From Pelagomonas calceolata (Eukaryota): a stretch of DNA of 64,000 nt. The notes under the pieces are model-generated. The model was not told the DNA's origin, made no database searches, and was given only the letters and a program-made list of their open reading frames with translations. The DNA lies in contig CAKKNE010000005.1 in the NCBI GenBank assembly GCA_918797485.1, forward strand, positions 2,542,001-2,606,000, read 5' to 3'. The position numbers and the translations under genes were made by a program. Below are positions 11,301 to 23,300 of the stretch, one piece after another (position 1 is the first letter of the stretch; every line of letters begins with the position of its first letter).

Positions 11301-14300
11301 GTGGCCTCCAGGGCGTCGCTCCAGTCGAGGCCGCCCGAGACGCGGCCGTCAAACTTCTCGTCAGCGTCGACGCGCAGAGCGAGCCCGAGCGAGCCAGCCA
11401 TGGCCTCGTCCTGCGAGTCGCCGTCGGCGGTCATCGCCATGTGCAGCTTCTCGCGGTTCCGGTTGATGACCGTCATGCTGGCCTGCAGGTCGTCTCGATT
11501 CGCGTCGGTCATGCCGCTCCAGTCGACGGCGCCCGACAGATGGCCATCAAGCTTGTCGTCAGCGTCCGTTCGCACGAGTAGCCCAAGCGAGCCAGCCATG
11601 GCCTCGTCCTGCGAGTCGCCATCGGCGGTCATCGACATGTGGACCTTCTCTCTACCCTCGTTGCTGACCGTCATAGTGGCCTCCAGGGCGTCGCTCCAGT
11701 CGAGGCCGCCCGACACAAGGCCGTCGAACTTCTCGTCAGCGTCGACGCGCAGAGCGAGCCCGAGCGAGCCGTCTCTAGCCTTGTTTCGAGAGTCGCCGTC
11801 GGCGGTCATCGCCATGTGCAGCCGTTCCCGCTGTTTGTTGCTGACCGTCATGCTGGCCCGTAGGTCCGTCTGATCCGCGACCTCCGTGCCGCTCCAGTCG
11901 AGGTTGCCGGACACAAGGCCGTCGACTTCGTTCTCGTTATCGACGCGCACGAGCAGCCCGAGGGAGCCGTCCCTCTCGCGGAATCGCGAGTCGCCGTCGG
12001 CGGTCATCGCCATGTGCAGCCGTTCCCGCTGGTTGTTGCTGACCGTCATGCTGGCCCGTAGGTCCGTCTGATTCGCGACCTCCGTGCCGCTCCAGTCCAA
12101 GCCGCCGGACACAAGGCCGTCGATCTCCTCCTCGTCATCGAGGCGCACGAGCAGCCCGAGGGAGCCGTCCCTCTCGCGGAATCGCGAGTTGCCGTCCGCG
12201 GTCATCGCCATGTGCAGCTTCTCGCGGTTCCGGTTGCTGACCGTCATGCTGGCCTCGAGGGCGTCGCTCCAGTCGAGGCCGCCCGAGACGCGGCCGTCGA
12301 GCTTCTCGTCCGCCTCAGCGAACAGAGCGAGCCCCAGCGAGCCTGACACGGCCTCGTCCTGCGAGTCGCCGTCCGCGGTCATCGCCATGCGGAACCGTTC
12401 TCGGTCCTTGTTGCTGACCGCCATGCGGACCCGTATGTCGTCTCGGCTCGGGTGCGTCGTGCCGCTCCAGTCCAAGCCGCCGGACACAAGGCCGTCGATC
12501 TCCTCCTCGTCATCGAGGCGCACGAGCAGCCCGAGGGGCCGTCCTCTCGCGGAATCGCGAGTTGCCGTCGCGGTCATGGCCATGTGCAGCTTCTCGCGGT
12601 TCCGGTTGCTGACCGTCATGCTGGCCTCGAGGGCGTCGCTCCAGTCGAGGCCGCCCGAGACGCGGCCGTCGAACTTCTCGTCCGCCTCAGCGAACAGAGC
12701 GAGCCCCAGCGAGCCTGACACGGCCTCGTCCTGCGAGTCGCCGTCCGCGGTCATCGCCATGCGGAACCGTTCTCGGTCCTTGTTGCTGACCGCCATGCGG
12801 ACCCGTATGTCGTCTCGGCTCGGGTGCGTCGTGCCGCTCCAGTCCAAGCCGCCGGACACAAGGCCGTCGATCTCCTCCTCGTCATCGAGGCGCACGAGCA
12901 GCCCGAGGGAGCCGTCCCTCTCGCGGAATCGCGAGTTGCCGTCCGCGGTCATGGCCATGTGCAGCTTCTCGCGGTTCCGGTTGCTGACCGTCATGCTGGC
13001 CTCGAGGGCGTCGCTCCAGTCGAGGCCGCCCGAGACGCGGCCGTCGAACTTCTCGTCCGCCTCAGCGAACAGAGCGAGCCCCAGCGAGCCTGACACGGCC
13101 TCGTCCTGCGAGTCGCCGTCCGCGGTCATCGCCATGCGGAACCGTTCTCGGTCCTTGTTGCTGACCGCCATGCGGACCCGTATGTCGTCTCGGCTCGGGT
13201 GCGTCGTGCCGCTCCAGTCGAGGCCGCCGGACACAAGGCCGTCGATCTCCTCCTCGTCATCGAGGCGCACGAGCAGCCCGAGGGCCGTCCTCTCGCGGAA
13301 TCGCGAGTTGCCGTCCGCGGTCATGGCCATGTGCAGCTTCTCGCGGTTCCGGTTGCTGACCGTCATGCTGGCCTCGAGGGCGTCGCTCCAGTCGAGGCCG
13401 CCCGAGACGCGGCCGTCGAACTTCTCGTCCGCCTCAGCGAACAGAGCGAGCCCCAGCGAGCCTGACACGGCCTCGTCCTGCGAGTCGCCGTCCGCGGTCA
13501 TCGCCATGCGGAACCGTTCTCGGTCCTTGTTGCTGACCGCCATGCGGACCCGTATGTCGTCTCGGCTCGGGTGCGTCGTGCCGCTCCAGTCGAGGCCGCC
13601 GGACACAAGGCCGTCGATCTCCTCCTCGTCATCGAGGCGCACGAGCAGCCCGAGGGAGCCGTCCCTCTCGCGGAATCGCGAGTTGCCGTCCGCGGTCATG
13701 GCCATGTGCAGCTTCTCGCGGTTCCGGTTGCTGACCGTCATAGTGGCCTCGAGGGCGTCGCTCCAGTCGAGGCCGCCCGAGACGCGGCCGTCGAACTTCT
13801 CGTCCGCCTCAGCGAACAGAGCGAGCCCCAGCGAGCCTGACACGGCCTCGTCCTGCGAGTCGCCGTCCGCGGTCATCGCCATGCGGAACCGTTCTCGGTC
13901 CTTGTTGCTGACCGCCATGCGGACCCGTATGTCGTCTCGGCTCGGGTGCGTCGTGCCGCTCCAGTCCAAGCCGCCGGACACAAGGCCGTCGATCTCCTCC
14001 TCGTCATCGAGGCGCACGAGCAGCCCGAGGGAGCCGTCCCTCTCGCGGAATCGCGAGTTGCCGTCCGCGGTCATGGCCATGTGCAGCTTCTCGCGGTTCC
14101 GGTTGCTGACCGTCATGCTGGCCTCGAGGGCGTCGCTCCAGTCGAGGCCGCCCGAGACGCGGCCGTCGAACTTCTCGTCCGCCTCAGCGAACAGAGCGAG
14201 CCCCAGCGAGCCTGACACGGCCTCGTCCTGCGAAGTCGCCGTCCGCGGTCATCGCCATGCGGAACCGTTCTCGGTCCTTGTTGCTGACCGCCATGCGGAC

Positions 14301-17300
14301 CCGTATGTCGTCTCGGCTCGGGTGCGTCGTGCCGCTCCAGTCGAGGCCGCCCGACACAAGGCCGTCGATCTCCTCCTCGTCATCGAGGCGCACGAGCAGC
14401 CCGAGGGCCGTCCTCTCGCGGAATCGCGAGTTGCCGTCCGCGGTCATGGCCATGTGCAGCTTCTCGCGGTTCCGGTTGCTGACCGTCATGCTGGCCTCGA
14501 GGGCGTCGCTCCAGTCGAGGCCGCCCGAGACGCGGCCGTCGAACTTCTCGTCCGCCTCAGCGAACAGAGCGAGCCCCAGCGAGCCTGACACGGCCTCGTC
14601 CTGCGAGTCGCCGTCCGCGGTCATCGCCATGCGGAACCGTTCTCGGTCCTTGTTGCTGACCGCCATGCGGACCCGTATGTCGTCTCGGCTCGGGTGCGTC
14701 GTGCCGCTCCAGTCGAAGCCGCCGGACACAAGGCCGTCGATCTCCTCCTCGTCATCGAGGCGCACGAGCAGCCCGAGGGCCGTCCTCTCGCGGAATCGCG
14801 AGTTGCCGTCCGCGGTCATGGCCATGTGCAGCTTCTCGCGGTTCCGGTTGCTGACCGTCATGCTGGCCTCGAGGGGCGTCGCCCAGTCGAGGCCGCCCGA
14901 GACGCGGCCGTCGAACTTCTCGTCCGCCTCAGCGAACAGAGCGAGCCCCAGCGAGCCTGACACGGCCTCGTCCTGCGAGTCGCCGTCCGCGGTCATCGCC
15001 ATGCGGAACCGTTCTCGGTCCTTGTTGCTGACCGCCATGCGGACCCGTATGTCGTCTCGGCTCGGGTGCGTCGTGCCGCTCCAGTCGAAGCCGCCGGACA
15101 CAAGGCCGTCGATCTCCTCCTCGTTATCGAGGCGCACGAGCAGCCCGAGGGAGCCGTCCCTCTCGCGGAATCGCGAGTTGCCGTCCGCGGTCATGGCCAT
15201 ATGCAGCTTCTCGCGGTTCCGGTTGATGACCGTCATGCTGGCCTGCAGGTCGTCTCGATTCGCGTCGGTCATGCCGCTCCAGTCGACGGCGCCCGACAGA
15301 TGGCCATCAAGCTTGTCGTCAGCGTCCGTTCGCACGAGTAGCCCAAGCGAGCCAGCCATGGCCTCGTCCTGCGAGTCGCCGTCGGCGGTCATCGCCATGT
15401 GTAGCCGTTCTCGCTGCTTGTTGATGACCGTCATGCTGGCCCGTAGGTCCTCCTCCGTGCCGCTCCAGTCGGCGGTGCCCGAGACCGTCGCATCGAGCTG
15501 CTCCTTTGCGTCGACGCGCAGCGCGAGCCCGAGCGAGCCAGCCATGGCCTCGTCCTGCGAGTCGCCGTCGGCGGTCATGGCCATATGCAGCTTCTCGCGG
15601 TTCCGGTTGATGACCGTCATGCTGGCCTGCAGGTCGTCTCGATTCGCGTCGGTCATGCCGCTCCAGTCGACGGCGCCCGACAGATGGCCATCAAGCTTGT
15701 CGTCAGCGTCCGTTCGCACGAGTAGCCCGAGCGAGCCAGCCATGGCCTCGTCCTGCGAGTCGCCGTCGGCGGTCATGGCCATATGCAGCTTCTCGCGGTT
15801 CCGGTTGATGACCGTCATGCTGGCCTGCAGGTCGTCTCGATTCGCGTCGGTCATGCCGCTCCAGTCGACGGCGCCCGACAGATGGCCATCAAGCTTGTCG
15901 TCAGCGTCCGTTCGCACGAGTAGCCCAAGCGAGCCAGCCATGGCCTCGTCCTGCGAGTCGCCGTCGGCGGTCATCGCCATGTGTAGCCGTTCTCGCTGCT
16001 TGTTGATGACCGTCATGCTGGCCCGTAGGTCCTCCTCCGTGCCGCTCCAGTCGGCGGTGCCCGAGACCGTCGCATCGAGCTGCTCCTTTGCGTCGACGCG
16101 CAGCGCGAGCCCGAGCGAGCCAGCCATGGCCTCGTCCTGCGAGTCGCCGTCGGCGGTCATGGCCATATGCAGCTTCTCGCGGTTCCGGTTGATGACCGTC
16201 ATGCTGGCCTGCAGGTCGTCTCGATTCGCGTCGGTCATGCCGCTCCAGTCGACGGCGCCCGACAGATGGCCATCAAGCTTGTCGTCAGCGTCCGTTCGCA
16301 CGAGTAGCCCAAGCGAGCCAGCCATGGCCTCGTCCTGCGAGTCGCCGTCGGCGGTCATTGCCATGTGCAGCCGTTCTTGGTCCTTGTTGCTGACCGTCAT
16401 GCTGGCCCGTAGGTCCGTCTGATCCGCGTCCTCCGTGCCGCTCCAGTCGAAGCTGCCTGACACAAGGCCGTCGACCTCGTTCTCGTTATCGACGCGCACG
16501 AGCAGCCCGAGGGAGCCGTCCCTCTCGCGGAATCGCGAGTTGCCGTCCGCGGTCATCGCCATGTGGACCTTCTCTCTACCCTCGTTGCTGACCGTCATGC
16601 GGGCCTCCAGGGCGTCGCTCCAGTCGAGGCCGCCCGACACAAGGCCGTCGAACTTCTCGTCAGCGTCGACGCGCAGCGCGAGCCTGAGCGAGCCCTCCCT
16701 AGCCTTGTTTCGCGAGTCGCCGTCGGCGGTCATTGCCATGTGCAGCCGTTCCCGCTGCTTGTTGATGACCGTCATGCTGGCCCGTAGGTCCTCCTCCGTG
16801 CCGCTCCAGTCGGCGGTGCCCGAGACCGTCGCATCGAGCTGCTCCTTTGCGTCGACGCGCAGCGCGAGCCCGAGCGAGCCAGCCATGGCCTCGTCCTGCG
16901 AGTCGCCGTCGGCGGTCATGGCCATATGCAGCTTCTCGCGGTTCCGGTTGATGACCGTCATGCTGGCCTGCAGGTCGTCTCGATTCGCGTCGGTCATGCC
17001 GCTCCAGTCGACGGCGCCCGACAGATGGCCATCAAGCTTGTCGTCAGCGTCCGTTCGCACGAGTAGCCCAAGCGAGCCAGCCATGGCCTCGTCCTGCGAG
17101 TCGCCGTCGGCGGTCATCGCCATGTGTAGCCGTTCTCGCTGCTTGTTGATGACCGTCATGCTGGCCCGTAGGTCCTCCTCCGTGCCGCTCCAGTCGGCGG
17201 TGCCCGAGACCGTCGCATCGAGCTGCTCCTTTGCGTCGACGCGCAGCGCGAGCCCGAGCGAGCCAGCCATGGCCTCGTCCTGCGAGTCGCCGTCGGCGGT

Positions 17301-20300
17301 CATGGCCATATGCAGCTTCTCGCGGTTCCGGTTGATGACCGTCATGCTGGCCTGCAGGTCGTCTCGATTCGCGTCGGTCATGCCGCTCCAGTCGACGGCG
17401 CCCGACAGATGGCCATCAAGCTTGTCGTCAGCGTCCGTTCGCACGAGTAGCCCAAGCGAGCCAGCCATGGCCTCGTCCTGCGAGTCGCCGTCGGCGGTCA
17501 TTGCCATGTGCAGCCGTTCTTGGTCCTTGTTGCTGACCGTCATGCTGGCCCGTAGGTCCTCCTCCGTGCCGCTCCAGTCGGCGGTGCCCGAGACCGTCGC
17601 ATCGAGCTGCTCCTTTGCGTCGACGCGCAGCAGCGAGCCCGAGCGAGCCAGCCATGGCCTCGTCCTGCGAGTCGCCGTCGGCGGTCATGGCCATATGCAG
17701 CTTCTCGCGGTTCCGGTTGATGACCGTCATGCTGGCCTGCAGGTCGTCTCGATTCAAGGCGTCGGTCATGCCGCTCCAGTCGACGGCGCCCGACAGATGG
17801 CCATCAAGCTTGTCGTCAGCGTCCGTTCGCACGAGTAGCCCAAGCGAGCCAGCCATGGCCTCGTCCTGCGAGTCGCCGTCGGCGGTCATTGCCATGTGCA
17901 GCCGTTCTTGGTCCTTGTTGCTGACCGTCATGCTGGCCCGTAGGTCCTCCTCCGTGCCGCTCCAGTCGGCGGTGCCCGAGACCGTCGCATCGAGCTGCTC
18001 CTTTGCGTCGACGCGCAGCGCGAGCCCGAGCGAGCCAGCCATGGCCTCGTCCTGCGAGTCGCCGTCGGCGGTCATGGCCATATGCAGCTTCTCGCGGTTC
18101 CGGTTGATGACCGTCATGCTGGCCTGCAGGTCGTCTCGATTCGCGTCGGTCATGCCGCTCCAGTCGACGGCGCCCGACAGATGGCCATCAAGCTTGTCGT
18201 CAGCGTCCGTTCGCACGAGTAGCCCAAGCGAGCCAGCCATGGCCTCGTCCTGCGAGTCGCCGTCGGCGGTCATCGCCATGTGTAGCCGTTCTCGCTGCTT
18301 GTTGATGACCGTCATGCTGGCCCGTAGGTCCTCCTCCGTGCCGCTCCAGTCGGCGGTGCCCGAGACCGTCGCATCGAGCTGCTCCTTTGCGTCGACGCGC
18401 AGCGCGAGCCCGAGCGAGCCAGCCATGGCCTCGTCCTGCGAGTCGCCGTCGGCGGTCATGGCCATATGCAGCTTCTCGCGGTTCCGGTTGATGACCGTCA
18501 TGCTGGCCTGCAGGTCGTCTCGATTCGCGTCGGTCATGCCGCTCCAGTCGACGGCGCCCGACAGATGGCCATCAAGCTTGTCGTCAGCGTCCGTTCGCAC
18601 GAGTAGCCCAAGCGAGCCAGCCATGGCCTCGTCCTGCGAGTCGCCGTCGGCGGTCATCGCCATGTGTAGCCGTTCTCGCTGCTTGTTGATGACCGTCATG
18701 CTGGCCCGTAGGTCCGTCTGATCCGCGTCCTCCGTGCCGCTCCAGTCGAAGCTGCCTGACACAAGGCCGTCGACCTCGTTCTCGTTATCGACGCGCACGA
18801 GCAGCCCGAGGGAGCCGTCCCTCTCGCGGAATCGCGAGTTGCCGTCCGCGGTCATCGCCATGTGGACCTTCTCTCTACCCTCGTTGCTGACCGTCATGCG
18901 GGCCTCCAGGGCGTCGCTCCAGTCGAGGCCGCCCGACACAAGGCCGTCGAACTTCTCGTCAGCGTCGACGCGCAGCGCGAGCCTGAGCGAGCCCTCCCTA
19001 GCCTTGTTTCGCGAGTCGCCGTCGGCGGTCATTGCCATGTGCAGCCGTTCCCGCTGCTTGTTGCTGACCGTCATGCTGGCCCGTAGGTCCGTCTGATCCG
19101 CGTCCTCCGTGCCGCTCCAGTCGAAGCTGCCTGACACAAGGCCGTCGACCTCGTTCTCGTTATCGACGCGCACGAGCAGCCCGAGGGAGCCGTCCCTCTC
19201 GCGGAATCGCGAGTTGCCGTCCGCGGTCATCGCCATGTGGACCTTCTCTCTACCCTCGTTGCTGACCGTCATGCGGGCCTCCAGGGCGTCGCTCCAGTCG
19301 AGGCCGCCCGACACAAGGCCGTCGAACTTCTCGTCAGCGTCGACGCGCAGCGCGAGCCCGAGCGAGCCCTCCCTAGCCTTGTTTCGCGAGTCGCCGTCGG
19401 CGGTCATTGCCATGTGCAGCCGTTCTTGGTCCTTGTTGCTGACCGTCATGCTGGCCCGTAGGTCCGTCTGATCCGCGTCCTCCGTGCCGCTCCAGTCGAA
19501 GCTGCCTGACACAAGGCCGTCGACCTCGTTCTCGTTATCGACGCGCACGAGCAGCCCGAGGGAGCCGTCCCTCTCGCGGAATCGCGAGTTGCCGTCCGCG
19601 GTCATCGCCATGTGGACCTTCTCTCTACCCTCGTTGCTGACCGTCATGCGGGCCTCCAGGGCGTCGCTCCAGTCGAGGCCGCCCGACACAAGGCCGTCGA
19701 ACTTCTCGTCAGCGTCGACGCGCAGCGCGAGCCTGAGCGAGCCCTCCCTAGCCTTGTTTCGCGAGTCGCCGTCGGCGGTCATTGCCATGTGCAGCCGTTC
19801 CCGCTGCTTGTTGCTGACCGTCATGCTGGCCCGTAGGTCCGTCTGATCCGCGTCCTCCGTGCCGCTCCAGTCGAAGCTGCCTGACACAAGGCCGTCGACC
19901 TCGTTCTCGTTATCGACGCGCACGAGCAGCCCGAGGGAGCCGTCCCTCTCGCGGAATCGCGAGTTGCCGTCCGCGGTCATCGCCATGTGGACCTTCTCTC
20001 TACCCTCGTTGCTGACCGTCATGCGGGCCTCCAGGGCGTCGCTCCAGTCGAGGCCGCCCGACACAAGGCCGTCGAACTTCTCGTCAGCGTCGACGCGCAG
20101 CGCGAGCCCGAGCGAGCCCCTCCTAGCCTTGTTTCGCGAGTCGCCGTCGGCGGTCATTGCCATGTGCAGCCGTTCCCGCTGCTTGTTGCTGACCGTCATG
20201 CTGGCCCGTAGGTCCGTCTGATCCGCGTCCTCCGTGCCGCTCCAGTCGAAGCTGCCTGACACAAGGCCGTCGACCTCGTTCTCGTTATCGACGCGCACGA

Positions 20301-23300
20301 GCAGCCCGAGGGAGCCGTCCCTCTCGCGGAATCGCGAGTTGCCGTCCGCGGTCATCGCCATGTGGACCTTCTCTCTACCCTCGTTGCTGACCGTCATGCG
20401 GGCCTCCAGGGCGTCGCTCCAGTCGAGGCCGCCCGAGACGCGGCCGTCGAACTTCTCGTCAGCGTCGACGCGCAGCGCGAGCCCGAGCGAGCCCTCCCTA
20501 GCCTTGTTTCGCGAGTCGCCGTCGGCCGTCATTGCCATGTGCAGCCGTTCCCGCTGCTTGTTGCTGACCGTCATGCTGGCCCGTAGGTCCGTCTGATCCG
20601 CGTCCTCCGTGCCGCTCCAGTCGAAGCTGCCTGACACAAGGCCGTCGACCTCGTTCTCGTTATCGACGCGCACGAGCAGCCCGAGGGAGCCGTCCCTCTC
20701 GCGGAATCGCGAGTTGCCGTCCGCGGTCATCGCCATGTGGACCTTCTCTCTACCCTCGTTGCTGACCGTCATGCGGGCCTCCAGGGCGTCGCTCCAGTCG
20801 AGGCCGCCCGACACAAGGCCGTCGAACTTCTCGTCAGCGTCGACGCGCAGCGCGAGCCCGAGCGAGCCCTCCCTAGCCTTGTTTCGCGAGTCGCCGTCGG
20901 CGGTCATTGCCATGTGCAGCCGTTCCCGCTGCTTGTTGCTGACCGTCATGCTGGCCCGTAGGTCCGTCTGATCCGCGTCCTCCGTGCCGCTCCAGTCGAA
21001 GCTGCCTGACACAAGGCCGTCGACCTCGTTCGTTATCGACGGCAAGCGCACGAGCAGCCCGAGGGAGCCGTCCCTCTCGCGGAATCGCGAGTTGCCGTCC
21101 GCGGTCATCGCCATGTGGACCTTCTCTCTACCCTCGTTGCTGACCGTCATGCGGGCCTCCAGGGCGTCGCTCCAGTCGAGGCCGCCCGACACAAGGCCGT
21201 CGAACTTCGTCAGCGTCGACGCGCAGCGCGAGCCTGAGCGAGCCTCCCTAGCCTTGTTTCGCGAGTCGCCGTCGGCGGTCATTGCCATGTGCAGCCGTTC
21301 CCGCTGCTTGTTGCTGACCGTCATGCTGGCCCGTAGGTCCGTCTGATCCGCGTCCTCCGTGCCGCTCCAGTCGAAGCTGCCTGACACAAGGCCGTCGACC
21401 TCGTTCTCGTTATCGACGCGCACGAGCAGCCCGAGGGAGCCGTCCCTCTCGCGGAATCGCGAGTTGCCGTCCGCGGTCATCGCCATGTGGACCTTCTCTC
21501 TACCCTCGTTGCTGACCGTCATGCGGGCCTCCAGGGCGTCGCTCCAGTCGAGGCCGCCCGACACAAGGCCGTCGAACTTCTCGTCAGCGTCGACGCGCAG
21601 CGCGAGCCCGAGCGAGCCCTCCCTAGCCTTGTTTCGCGAGTCGCCGTCGGCGGTCATTGCCATGTGCAGCCGTTCCCGCTGCTTGTTGCTGACCGTCATG
21701 CTGGCCCGTAGGTCCGTCTGATCCGCGTCCTCCGTGCCGCTCCAGTCGAAGCTGCCTGACACAAGGCCGTCGACCTCGTTCTCGTTATCGACGCGCACGA
21801 GCAGCCCGAGGGAGCCGTCCCTCTCGCGGAATCGCGAGTTGCCGTCCGCGGTCATCGCCATGTGGACCTTCTCTCTACCCTCGTTGCTGACCGTCATGCG
21901 GGCCTCCAGGGCGTCGCTCCAGTCGAGGCCGCCCGAGACGCGGCCGTCGAACTTCTCGTCAGCGTCGACGCGCAGCGCGAGCCCGAGCGAGCCCTCCCTA
22001 GCCTTGTTTCGCGAGTCGCCGTCGGCAGTCATTGCCATGTGCAGCCGTTCCCGCTGCTTGTTGCTGACCGTCATGCTGGCCCGTAGGTCCGTCTGATCCG
22101 CGTCCTCCGTGCCGCTCCAGTCGAAGCTGCCTGACACAAGGCCGTCGACCTCGTTCTCGTTATCGACGCGCACGAGCAGCCCGAGGGAGCCGTCCCTCTC
22201 GCGGAATCGCGAGTTGCCGTCCGCGGTCATCGCCATGTGGACCTTCTCTCTACCCTCGTTGCTGACCGTCATGCGGGCCTCCAGGGCGTCGCTCCAGTCG
22301 AGGCCGCCCGACACAAGGCCGTCGAACTTCTCGTCAGCGTCGACGCGCAGCGCGAGCCCGAGCGAGCCCTCCCTAGCCTTGTTTCGCGAGTCGCCGTCGG
22401 CGGTCATTGCCATGTGCAGCCGTTCCCGCTGCTTGTTGCTGACCGTCATGCTGGCCCGTAGGTCCGTCTGATCCGCGTCCTCCGTGCCGCTCCAGTCGAA
22501 GCTGCCTGACACAAGGCCGTCGACCTCGTTCTCGTTATCGACGCGCACGAGCAGCCCGAGGGAGCCGTCCCTCTCGCGGAATCGCGAGTTGCCGTCCGCG
22601 GTCATCGCCATGTGGACCTTCTCTCTACCCTCGTTGCTGACCGTCATGCGGGCCTCCAGGGCGTCGCTCCAGTCGAGGCCGCCCGAGACGCGGCCGTCGA
22701 ACTTCTCGTCAGCGTCGACGCGCAGCGCGAGCCCGAGCGAGCCCCTAGCCTTGTTTCGCGAGTCGCCGTCGGCAGTCATTGCCATGTGCAGCCGTTCCCG
22801 CTGCTTGTTGCTGACCGTCATGCTGGCCCGTAGGTCCGTCTGATCCGCGTCCTCCGTGCCGCTCCAGTCGAAGCTGCCTGACACAAGGCCGTCGACCTCG
22901 TTCTCGTTATCGACGCGCACGAGCAGCCCGAGGGAGCCGTCCCTCTCGCGGAATCGCGAGTTGCCGTCCGCGGTCATCGCCATGTGGACCTTCTCTCTAC
23001 CCTCGTTGCTGACCGTCATGCGGGCCTCCAGGGCGTCGCTCCAGTCGAGGCCGCCCGACACAAGGCCGTCGAACTTCTCGTCAGCGTTGACGCGCAGCGC
23101 GAGCCCGAGCGAGCCCTCCCTAGCCTTGTTTCGCGAGTCGCCGTCGGCGGTCATTGCCATGTGCAGCCGTTCCCGCTGCTTGTTGCTGACCGTCATGCTG
23201 GCCCGTAGGTCCGTCTGATCCGCGTCCTCCGTGCCGCTCCAGTCGAAGCTGCCTGACACAAGGCCGTCGACCTCGTTCTCGTTATCGACGCGCACGAGCA

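Noticed and set aside
14184..17632. Three separate genes or programmed ribosomal frameshifting in the giant gene
   Set aside because: The breaks are single extra bases relative to sister repeat copies, with no slippery sequence. Consensus error is the simpler explanation, kept only as a low-level finding.
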